Shown piece after piece: positions 8,405-16,263 of a stretch of 64,000 nt of DNA. Position numbers and translations under genes: made by a program. The stretch is from Micromonosporaceae bacterium (GTDB lineage: Bacteria; Actinomycetota; Actinomycetes; Mycobacteriales; Micromonosporaceae), in contig WHTQ01000003.1 of NCBI GenBank assembly GCA_009377645.1, positions 21,528-85,527 on the forward strand, in the 5' to 3' direction. The notes beneath the pieces are model-generated. The model was given only the letters and a program-made list of their open reading frames with translations, searched no databases and was not told the DNA's origin. Each line of letters opens with the position of its first letter. Positions within the stretch are counted from its first letter, which is position 1.

Positions 8405-9324
8405 CCCCCGGCGGCCACCGCGGCCAGCGCCGCCCCGACCAGGTCCGGGCGGGCCGCGTCCAGCCAGACCGGCCGCGGGTCGCGCCGGAACCAGGACCGC
8501 TGCCGGCGTACGAACCGGCGGGTGGCCCGCACCGTCGCCGCGTACGCCTCGGCCTCGGTGGTCTGCCCGGCCAGGTGCGCCAGCACCTGCTGGTAGCCGA
8601 GCGCGGCCCGGGCGGTCCGGCCTTCCCGCAGCCCCTGCCCGACCAGCCCCCGCACCTCGTCGACCAGCCCGGCGGCCCACATCCGCTGCACCCGGGCGGC
8701 CACCCGGGCGGAAAGCTCCGCCGGGTCCCGGTCCACCCCGAGCCAGACCGCCCGGTACGCCGGGCGGGGCGCGGCCGGCAGCCGGGCGGTGAACGGCGCC
8801 CCGGTGAGCGCGATCACCTCCAGCGCGCGGACGATCCGCCGGCCGTTGCCGGGCAGGATCGCGGCCGCCGCGGCCGGGTCGGCGGCCCGCAGCCGCTCGT
8901 ACAGCGGACCCGGGCCGGACCGGGCCAGCTCCGCCTCCAGCTCCCCCCGCACCGCCGGGTCGGTGCCCGGGAAGTCCAGCTGGTCCAGCACCGCCCGCAC
9001 GTACAGTCCGGACCCGCCAACCAGCAACGGCACCCGGCCGCGGGCCAGGATGCCGTCGACCGCGGCCCGGGCCAGCCGCTGGTACTCGGCGACGCTGGCG
9101 GTCCGGCTGACCTCCCAGATGTCGAGCAGGTGGTGCGGCACGCCCGCCCGCTGGGCCGGGGCAAGCTTGGCGGTGCCGATGTCCATCCCCCGGTAGAGCT
9201 GCATCGAGTCGGCATTGACCACCTCGGCGCCGCCATCGCCGGCGAGCCGGTGGGCCAGCGCCAGACTGAGCGCCGTCTTGCCCGCGGCGGTCGGCCCGAC
9301 GACCGCCACCACCAGCTCTTCCAC
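8401..9324 (-). CDS. miaA: tRNA dimethylallyltransferase MiaA
   Basis: P-loop VVGPTAAGKTALS, DSMQLYRGMDIGTAK, and IPT family features throughout. Confidence 0.9.
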   Translation of the reverse strand: MEELVVAVVGPTAAGKTALSLALAHRLAGDGGAEVVNADSMQLYRGMDIGTAKLAPAQRAGVPHHLLDIWEVSRTASVAEYQRLARAAVDGILARGRVPLLVGGSGLYVRAVLDQLDFPGTDPAVRGELEAELARSGPGPLYERLRAADPAAAAAILPGNGRRIVRALEVIALTGAPFTARLPAAPRPAYRAVWLGVDRDPAELSARVAARVQRMWAAGLVDEVRGLVGQGLREGRTARAALGYQQVLAHLAGQTTEAEAYAATVRATRRFVRRQRSWFRRDPRPVWLDAARPDLVGAALAAVAAGG

Positions 9325-9557
9325 CTGCCCGACCCTAGTCTCCGCGGCCGGGCCGGCCCCTCCGGTTGCCCGCCGGCCAAGGACACCGTATGGTCACGGT
9401 CTGCCACAGACTCTCGACTTCCCCCGGGGGGCACCTGTGAGAATGCCTGTGGGGGGCCGACGCATCGCGGGCGGGCGGCGGCTGGCCGGCCGTGGCTGGA
9501 TGGGCCGGCGGGACACTGAGGTGGGGCCGGCGACGCCGGGTAGGAACGGACGGACAG

Positions 9558-10766
9558 ATGAGCGACTGGACCAGCTACGGCCGGATCGACACCGACGGGA
9601 CGGTGTACGTCCAGACCGCCGAGGGCGAGCGGGCGGTCGGCTCCTGGCAGGCGGGCACACCGGACGAGGGCCTGGCCCACTTCGCCCGCCGGTTCGCCGA
9701 TCTGGTCACCGAGGTCGACCTGATCGAGGCCCGGTTGGCCACCGGTGCGGCCGACCCGTCCCAGGCGGTGTCGAGCATCCGGCGGCTGCGCGGCTCGCTG
9801 CCCGAGGCGCATGCGGTCGGCGACTTCGACGGCCTGGCCGCCCGGCTGGACAAGCTGGCCACGGTCGCCGACGAGCGCGCAGCCGCGGCCCGGGCTGCCC
9901 GGGTGGCCGCCCGGGAGGAGGCGGTGGCGCGCAAGACCGCGCTGGCCGAGGAGGCCGAGCAGATCGCCGCCGACCCGACCGGCTGGAAGGTCGCGGGCGA
10001 CCGGCTGCGGGAGATCGTGGACGAGTGGCGCACGATCCGGGGGATCGACAAGAAGACCGACGGGGAGCTGTGGAAGCGGTACGCGGCCGCCCGGGACTCG
10101 TTCGCCCGCCGCCGCGGCGCCCACTTCGCCTCGCTGGACGCGGCCCGCAAGGAGGCGCAGACGACCAAGGAGGAGCTGGTCACCGAGGCCGAGGCGCTGG
10201 CCGACTCGACCGACTGGACCGGCACCGCCAACCAGCTCAAGGACCTGATGGCGCGCTGGAAGGCGGCCCCGCGCGCCTCCAAGGAGGCCGAGCAGCGGCT
10301 GTGGACCCGGTTCCGGGCCGCCCAGGACGCCTTCTTCAGCCGGCGCAGCGAGGTCTACACCGCCCGCGACGCGGAGCAGAAGGAGGCCGCGGCCCGCCGG
10401 ACCGAGCTGGTGGCCGCCGCCGAAGCGCTCGACGTCGACACCGACCCGCGCGCCGCCCAGACCGCATTGCGGGACATCCAGGCGAAGTGGCAGGCCGCCG
10501 GCCGGCTCCGCCGGGAGTCCGCCACCTCCCTGGACCGCCGCCTGCGCGCCGTCGAGGACAAGGTACGCGCGGCGATGGAGACCGGCTGGCGGCGCACCGC
10601 GCCGTCCGCCAACCCGCTGCTGACCCAGATCCGGGAGCAGGTCGCCGAGGCCGAGGAGCGGCTGCAGCGGGCGCGCACGGCCGGGGACAGCAAGCGGATC
10701 GCCGAGGCCGAGCAGGCGCTGGCCAGCAAGCGCCAGGTGCTCGACCTAGCCGAACGCTCCAGCTGA
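9558..10766 (+). CDS. DUF349 domain-containing protein
   Basis: The MSDWTSYGRIDTDGTVYV N-terminus and repeated WK...R..F helical modules (ELWKRYAAARDSF, RLWTRFRAAQDAFF) are typical of DUF349. The Met at 9558 follows AGGAACGGA. Confidence 0.8.
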   Translation: MSDWTSYGRIDTDGTVYVQTAEGERAVGSWQAGTPDEGLAHFARRFADLVTEVDLIEARLATGAADPSQAVSSIRRLRGSLPEAHAVGDFDGLAARLDKLATVADERAAAARAARVAAREEAVARKTALAEEAEQIAADPTGWKVAGDRLREIVDEWRTIRGIDKKTDGELWKRYAAARDSFARRRGAHFASLDAARKEAQTTKEELVTEAEALADSTDWTGTANQLKDLMARWKAAPRASKEAEQRLWTRFRAAQDAFFSRRSEVYTARDAEQKEAAARRTELVAAAEALDVDTDPRAAQTALRDIQAKWQAAGRLRRESATSLDRRLRAVEDKVRAAMETGWRRTAPSANPLLTQIREQVAEAEERLQRARTAGDSKRIAEAEQALASKRQVLDLAERSS

Positions 10767-10824
10767 GCCGTCAGCTGAGGAGGGCGCCCCGGATCATGCT
10801 CAAGCCGGGTCAGGGGTCCCTTCC

Positions 10825-12255
10825 TCAGCCCGGCGCGCCGACCGCAGGCATCCCCAGGTTCACCCCGGCGGTACGCGGGGTGCGGCCGGCCTTGAACGCG
10901 TCGCCGGCCCGGGTGCGCCGGTGAGACAGCGGCGGCCGGTCGGCGACCAGGTGGTGCGGGGCGGCACCGGTGATGACGGTCTCTACCAGGTCGCCGGGCC
11001 GGACCCCGTCAGCCCGGAGGTGCACCAGCCGGCCGTCCCGGGCCCGGCCGGAGCGCCGGCCGGTGGCGTGGTCCTTGCGACCCTCCCCGACCGCGACCAG
11101 CACCTCCACCGGCCGCCCGACCAGGGCCGCGTTCCCGGCCAGCGTCACCTCCTCGACCAGCGCCACCAGCCGCTCGTACCGCTCCTGCACCACCGGCTTC
11201 GGCACCTGGCCGGGCAGGGCGGCGGCCGGGGTGCCGGGGCGGGGCGAGTACTGGAACGTGAAGGCGCCGGCGAACCGGGCCGCCCGTACCACCTCCAGGG
11301 TGGCCTGGAAGTCCGCCTCGGTCTCGCCCGGGAACCCGACGATGATGTCGGTGGTGACCGCCGCGTCCGGCATCGCCGCCCGCACCCGCTCCAGGATGCC
11401 CAGGTAGCGCTGCGCCCGGTAGGAGCGGCGCATCGCCTTCAGCACCCGGTCCGAGCCGGACTGCAGCGGCATGTGCAGCTGGTGGCAGACGTTCGGGGTC
11501 TGCGCCATCGCCTCGATCACGTCGTCGGTGAAGTCCTTCGGGTGCGGGCTGGTGAACCGGACCCGCTCCAGCCCGTCGACCCCGCCGCAGGCCCGCAACA
11601 GCTTCCCGAACGCGCCCCGGTCGCCGAACTCGACCCCGTAGGAGTTGACGTTCTGGCCGAGCAGGGTCACCTCCAGCACGCCCTCGGCGGCCAGCGCCGC
11701 CACCTCGGCCAGGATCTCGCCCGGCCGCCGGTCCCGCTCCTTGCCGCGCAGGCTGGGCACGATGCAGAAGGTGCAGGTGTTGTTGCAGCCAACCGAGATC
11801 GACACCCACCCCGCGTACCCGGACTCGCGGCGGGCCGGCAGCGTGGAGGGGAAGGTCTCCAGCGCCTCGAGGATCTCCACCTGGGCGGCCTGGTTGTGCC
11901 GGGCCCGGTCCAGCAGCGCCGGCAGCGAGCCCAGGTTGTGGGTGCCGAACACCACGTCCACCCACGGCGCCCGGGCGACGATCTCGCCCCGGTCCTTCTG
12001 GGCCAGGCAGCCGCCGACCGCGATCTGCATCTGCGGGCGGGCGGCCTTGACCGGGCGGAGCAGGCCGAGGTTGCCGTAGAGCCGGTTGTCGGCGTTCTCC
12101 CGGACCGCGCAGGTGTTGAACACCACCAGGTCCGGGTCGCCACCGCCCTCCGAACGGACGTAGCCGGCGGACTCCAGCAGCCCGGCCAGCCGCTCCGAGT
12201 CGTGCACGTTCATCTGGCAGCCGAAGGTGCGGATCTGGTACGTCGGAGCAGTCAT
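10825..12255 (-). CDS. miaB: tRNA-i6A37 methylthiotransferase MiaB (radical SAM)
   Basis: [12 protein letters not shown] (UPF0004 cluster), radical-SAM CNNTCTFC motif, and a TRAM C-terminus. Confidence 0.92.
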   Translation of the reverse strand: MTAPTYQIRTFGCQMNVHDSERLAGLLESAGYVRSEGGGDPDLVVFNTCAVRENADNRLYGNLGLLRPVKAARPQMQIAVGGCLAQKDRGEIVARAPWVDVVFGTHNLGSLPALLDRARHNQAAQVEILEALETFPSTLPARRESGYAGWVSISVGCNNTCTFCIVPSLRGKERDRRPGEILAEVAALAAEGVLEVTLLGQNVNSYGVEFGDRGAFGKLLRACGGVDGLERVRFTSPHPKDFTDDVIEAMAQTPNVCHQLHMPLQSGSDRVLKAMRRSYRAQRYLGILERVRAAMPDAAVTTDIIVGFPGETEADFQATLEVVRAARFAGAFTFQYSPRPGTPAAALPGQVPKPVVQERYERLVALVEEVTLAGNAALVGRPVEVLVAVGEGRKDHATGRRSGRARDGRLVHLRADGVRPGDLVETVITGAAPHHLVADRPPLSHRRTRAGDAFKAGRTPRTAGVNLGMPAVGAPG

Positions 12256-12256
12256 C

Positions 12257-12853
12257 TCAGCGCTCCAGGGTACGCGGCGGGCCGACGCCGTTCTCCAGGG
12301 TGTGGATGACGGCGGCGGTGGCGGCGTGCCGGTGCATCCGGCCGCTAGCCACCTCCTCGCAGCCGGTGTACACCAGCGCCCACAGCACGTGCCGGACCCA
12401 GCCCGGGCTGACCCGCGGGTCGAGCACGCCGGCGGCCTGCCCGCGCGCGATCAGGTCGAGCACCGCCGGGGAGGCGTCCGGCACCCGCCGGGCATCGAAC
12501 CCGTCCCGCACCCGCGGGTCGCCGAACAGGAACAGCAGCCGGTCCCCGGTGTCCATGGTCGCCGCCACCAGCCGGCGGACCGCGTCGGCCGGCGGGCCCC
12601 GGTCCAGCGCCGCTTGCTGCACCGACTCGGCGAGCACCTGGAACGAGTCGGCCACCACCGCGCGTACCAGCTCCTCCCGGTCCGGGAAGTAGCGGTGCAG
12701 GGTGCTGCGGCCGACCTCGGCCGCATCGGCGACCTCGGCCAGGGTGGCGGTGCGGTCGCGCGCCAGCACGGTCGCGGCCGCGGCCAGGATGGCGCGGCGG
12801 GTGCGGCTACGCGCCGGCGAGTCGATGGTACGCGACGGTATGACGCTGGTCAC
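12257..12853 (-). CDS. TetR family transcriptional regulator
   Basis: [42 protein letters not shown] prefer the GTG at 12853, because the ORF Met at 12961 lies inside a terminator-like hairpin. Confidence 0.8.
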   Translation of the reverse strand: MTSVIPSRTIDSPARSRTRRAILAAAATVLARDRTATLAEVADAAEVGRSTLHRYFPDREELVRAVVADSFQVLAESVQQAALDRGPPADAVRRLVAATMDTGDRLLFLFGDPRVRDGFDARRVPDASPAVLDLIARGQAAGVLDPRVSPGWVRHVLWALVYTGCEEVASGRMHRHAATAAVIHTLENGVGPPRTLER

Positions 12854-12913
12854 AGCGCGGATCGTACCACTCGCGCCCCGGACTGGGACATCGACGTCCC
12901 ACGGGCGGACAGT

Positions 12914-12966
12914 GGGGGATGGGTTTGGTGGCTGGCGCCGGGCTGGCGCCACCAAACCCATCCCCC
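12914..12966 (-). terminator. Perfect 19-bp stem hairpin (15-nt loop) downstream of the 12985..13359 ORF
   Basis: GGGGGATGGGTTTGGTGGC (12914..12932) pairs with GCCACCAAACCCATCCCCC (12948..12966). There is no U-tract, as is usual for high-GC actinomycetes. Confidence 0.5.
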
Positions 12967-12984
12967 ACCTGTGCCGTCAAGCCG

Positions 12985-13359
12985 TCAGTGCGCCCCGCCG
13001 GGGGCGGTCACCGACCGGTCGCGCACCTCGAACGCGTCCCGGGTGACCTGCTCGATCCGGTTCCCGTCCACGTCCCACGCCTCGACCCTGAGGCTGACCT
13101 GATCGGAAGCGCGACGGCCCGCCAGCAGATGCACCAGCGTGGCCACGAACCGGCCCTCACCCACAGCGCGCACCGGCACCGGCTGCCACTGCTCGCCGTC
13201 ATAGCTCGCCCACAGCTTCCACCCGGCGATCTCCGGCATCGGCAACGGCGACGGGTGGTGGTAGGCGTGCACGTCGAACCGCTGCGCGCCCGGCGCCCGG
13301 ACCGTGTTGTCCATCGCCAGGCTGTCCCCCAGGTCATAGCTGACGAACACCACCGGCAC
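12985..13359 (-). CDS. Hypothetical 124-aa protein, possibly a C-terminal remnant of a larger gene
   Basis: GTG start 9 nt after the rny stop, with no RBS. The sequence begins mid-beta-strand-like (VPVVFVSYDLGD). I recognise no motif. Confidence 0.35.
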   Translation of the reverse strand: MPVVFVSYDLGDSLAMDNTVRAPGAQRFDVHAYHHPSPLPMPEIAGWKLWASYDGEQWQPVPVRAVGEGRFVATLVHLLAGRRASDQVSLRVEAWDVDGNRIEQVTRDAFEVRDRSVTAPGGAH

Positions 13360-13368
13360 CTGCCCGGG

Positions 13369-15228
13369 TCAGCGGGCGGTCTCGGTGGCCCGCAGCTCCC
13401 GGATCACCGTGACCCGGATCTGCCCCGGGTAGGTCAGCTCCTCCTCGACCTGCTTGGCCACGTCCCGGGCCAGCACCGCGGCGCCGATGTCGTCCACCTG
13501 GTCCGGGCACACCATCACCCGTACCTCCCGGCCGGCCTGCATCGCGTACGCCTTCTCCACCCCCGGCTTGCCGGCGGCGATCTGCTCGATCCGCTCCAGC
13601 CGCTTCACGTACGCCTCCAGCCCCTCCCGGCGGGCGCCCGGCCGGCCGCCGGAGCAGGCGTCCGCGGCCTGGGTGAGCACCGCCTCGATGGTCTGCGGCG
13701 TCACCTCGTGGTGGTGCGCCTCGATCGCGTGCACCACCTGGTCCGGCTCGCCGTACCGGCGGGCCACCTCCGCCCCGACCCGGGCGTGCGAACCCTCGGC
13801 CTCGTGGGTGAGCGCCTTGCCGATGTCGTGCAGGAACGCCCCGCGCTTGGTCACCCGCGCCTGCGCCGGGTCCAGCCGCAGCTCGCCGGCCATCAGCCCG
13901 GCCAGGTGCGCGCTCTCCACCAGGTGCCGCAGCACGTTCTGCCCGTAGCTGGTGCGGTAGCGCAGCCGGCCCAGCAGGGTCACCAGCTCCGGGTGCAGGT
14001 CGGTGATCCCGACCTGCACCAGCGCGTCCTCCGCCGCGCGCTGGCACAGCCCGGCCACCTCCTGCTGGGCGGACTCGAAGACCTCCTCGATCCGGTGCGG
14101 GTGGATCCGGCCGTCGGCGACCAGCCGCTCCAGCGTGACCCGGCCGGTCTCCCGGCGCACCGGGTCGAAACAGGACAGCAGCACCGCCTCCGGGGTGTCG
14201 TCGACGATCAGGTTGACGCCGGTCACCGACTCGAACGCCCGGATGTTGCGGCCCTCCCGGCCGATGATCCGGCCCTTCATCTCGTCCGAGGGCAGGTGCA
14301 GGACGCTGACCGCGCTCTCGGTGGTCTGCTCGCTCGCGACCCGCTGGATCGCGTCCACCACGATGTGCCGCGCCCGCTGCTCGCCGGTACGCCGGGCGTC
14401 GGCCTCCAGGTTCCGTACCAGCACCGCCGCTTCCCGTTTCGCCTGGTCCTCGATCGCCGCGACCAGCTCGGCCCGGGCCGCCTCGCCGCTCAACCCGGCC
14501 ACCCGTTCCAGCTCCCGGAGCCGGTGCCGCTCCGACTCGGCCAGCTCGGCCCGCTGCTCGGCGACCGTCGCCGCCTGCGCCGCCAGCTCGGTCTCGGCGG
14601 CGGCCAGCCGCCGCTCCCGTTCCGCCAGCCGCTCCACCTCCGCGGCGTGCCGCCGCTCCCGCTCGTCGTCCCACTTCTCGCGGCGGTCCAGCTCGTGCTC
14701 CCGGCGGTCCAGCTCGGCGGCGTGCTCCCGGGCTGCGGCGGTCAGCGTCGCCGCCTCCCGCTCGCCGGCGCGGTGGGCCGCCACCCGAGCCTGCTCCAGC
14801 TCCCCCTCGGCCTGCCGGTGGGCGCGCTCCAGCACCGTGTCGGCGTCCGCCCGGGCCACCGCCAGCACCCGGGTGGCCTCGGACCGGGCGGTGTCGAGGA
14901 CCCGGGACGCCTCGGCCCGGGCGGCGGCCGCCTCGGCCTGCGCGGCGGCGGCGTCGGTACGGGCGGCGGTGGCGGCCGTGCGGGTCTGCTCGACCGCCGC
15001 GGTCGCCTCGTCGGCGGCGGCCCGCAGCGCGGCGAGCGTCCGTTCCTGGTGCTCCTGCTCGGCGGTGATGGGGCGGTCGGGCTGGCCGGCGGTCCCGGTC
15101 CCGGTGGCCGGGCCGTTCAACCGCTCGGCCAGCCGCCGGATGGTCCGGGCACCCCAGACCACACCCACCGCGGTGACCGCGGTCAGTGCCGTCACGATTG
15201 CGATCAACGCCCACACCGGCCCGGTCAT
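13369..15228 (-). CDS. rny: Ribonuclease Y
   Basis: N-terminal TM (VWALIAIVTALTAVTAVGVVW), a long coiled coil, a KH domain (MKGRIIGREGRNIRAFE), and an HD domain (LHDIGKA...). Start at the Met at 15228, preceded by GGAGGGAG. Confidence 0.9.
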   Translation of the reverse strand: MTGPVWALIAIVTALTAVTAVGVVWGARTIRRLAERLNGPATGTGTAGQPDRPITAEQEHQERTLAALRAAADEATAAVEQTRTAATAARTDAAAAQAEAAAARAEASRVLDTARSEATRVLAVARADADTVLERAHRQAEGELEQARVAAHRAGEREAATLTAAAREHAAELDRREHELDRREKWDDERERRHAAEVERLAERERRLAAAETELAAQAATVAEQRAELAESERHRLRELERVAGLSGEAARAELVAAIEDQAKREAAVLVRNLEADARRTGEQRARHIVVDAIQRVASEQTTESAVSVLHLPSDEMKGRIIGREGRNIRAFESVTGVNLIVDDTPEAVLLSCFDPVRRETGRVTLERLVADGRIHPHRIEEVFESAQQEVAGLCQRAAEDALVQVGITDLHPELVTLLGRLRYRTSYGQNVLRHLVESAHLAGLMAGELRLDPAQARVTKRGAFLHDIGKALTHEAEGSHARVGAEVARRYGEPDQVVHAIEAHHHEVTPQTIEAVLTQAADACSGGRPGARREGLEAYVKRLERIEQIAAGKPGVEKAYAMQAGREVRVMVCPDQVDDIGAAVLARDVAKQVEEELTYPGQIRVTVIRELRATETAR

Positions 15229-15518
15229 GGCCGTCTCCCTCCACCCGTGGCGCGTGGTGACGCGCTGGTCAGTCGCGGGAGCCGCCGCCCGACCCGGACG
15301 GGCAACCGGGATAACGCCGCCCGGCCGGCGCACCGGCTGACCGGGCGTGGGTACACAACGCCGCCGTCGGCTGGGCTCAGCCGGCGACGGCTGTTCTGCC
15401 GCGGAGGATGTGTGCCGCGGCGCGCACTATCGGTAGCTAAGAAGTGTTGCCGTACTGTTACCTGTCTGATCTTGTGCGGTAAGCCCTGTTGTGGTCGGTC
15501 GTACTCCGTGTACTGGCG

Positions 15519-15547
15519 AGATTAAGCCGAGATAACGATTTGGTCAA
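15519..15547 (-). promoter_or_regulatory. Candidate sigma-70-type promoter for rny (TTGACC-N17-TAATCT)
   Basis: Minus strand: TTGACC (15547..15542), a 17-nt spacer, then TAATCT (15524..15519). It lies in a locally AT-rich tract just after the recX stop and implies a ~280-nt leader. Confidence 0.4.
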
Positions 15548-15552
15548 GAGGC

Positions 15553-16245
15553 CTATCGGCCGGCATCGGCTGGCTCGTCCGGACCGGTGGCGTCGGCCAA
15601 GGCGTCCGGACCGGTGGCGTCGGCCAGGGCGTCCGGGTCGAGCTGGTCGGCCACCGCGGCGGTGCGCTGGTCGGCGGCCAGCGCCTCCTTCACCACCCGG
15701 TAGGCCAGCCCGGCCGGGTAGCCCTTGCGCGCCAGCATCCCCACCAGCCGGCGCACGATCGCCTCGGGCGGGCCGGTGGCGGTACGCAGCCGCCGCTCGA
15801 CCAGCGCCCGGGCGGTCTCGGCCTCGGTCTCGTCGTCGAGCTGGCCGAGCGCCTCGCCGACCGCGTCCGCCGCCACACCGCGCTGGCGCAGCTCGCTGCC
15901 GAGCGCCCGGCGGGCCAGCCCGCGGCCCTGGTGCCGGCTGCTCACCCAGGCCCGCGCGAACGCCGCGTCGTCGATCAGGCCGACCTCGTCGTAGCGGTCG
16001 AGCACCTCAGCCGCTACCCGGTCGTCCACCCCCCGCCGGCGTAGCGCGGTGGCGAGGTCGGCCCGGGTGCGGGGCCGGACCGCGAGCTGCCGCAGGCAGA
16101 TCTCCCGGGCCAGCTCGGCCGGGTCGGGCGGGGGCGACTCGGCCGGGTTCGTGACTGGACCGGCCGGGCGGGCCGGGGCGCGCCGGGCCCGGGGCGGGGC
16201 GGCATCCCAGCCCCGCCCGGTGCGCCCGCGCCGCCGGCCCGCCAT
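15553..16245 (-). CDS. recX: RecA regulator RecX
   Basis: Three-helix repeat architecture (CLRQLAVRPRTRADLATALRRRGV..., AAFARAWVSSRH, LRQRGV...), immediately downstream of recA. Confidence 0.85.
   Translation of the reverse strand: MAGRRRGRTGRGWDAAPPRARRAPARPAGPVTNPAESPPPDPAELAREICLRQLAVRPRTRADLATALRRRGVDDRVAAEVLDRYDEVGLIDDAAFARAWVSSRHQGRGLARRALGSELRQRGVAADAVGEALGQLDDETEAETARALVERRLRTATGPPEAIVRRLVGMLARKGYPAGLAYRVVKEALAADQRTAAVADQLDPDALADATGPDALADATGPDEPADAGR
15577..15630. repeat. 27-bp in-frame tandem duplication in the recX 3' end
   Basis: GTCCGGACCGGTGGCGTCGGCCAAGGC x2 with one mismatch, plus a partial third copy. It encodes the repeated PDALADATG. Confidence 0.9.
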
Positions 16246-16263
16246 CGCCTCAGCCCGGCCCGG

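Noticed and set aside
7277-8680. Claim that the organism lacks dapF
   Set aside because: Only this locus is visible and dapF may be elsewhere. I report only the positional replacement.
12919-15525. 868-aa plus-strand ORF (plus several other long ORFs) overlapping rny
   Set aside because: It is antisense to a clearly recognisable RNase Y gene. Its composition is dominated by Arg/Pro/Gly/Leu, as expected for off-frame translation of 70%+ GC DNA, and it has no motifs.
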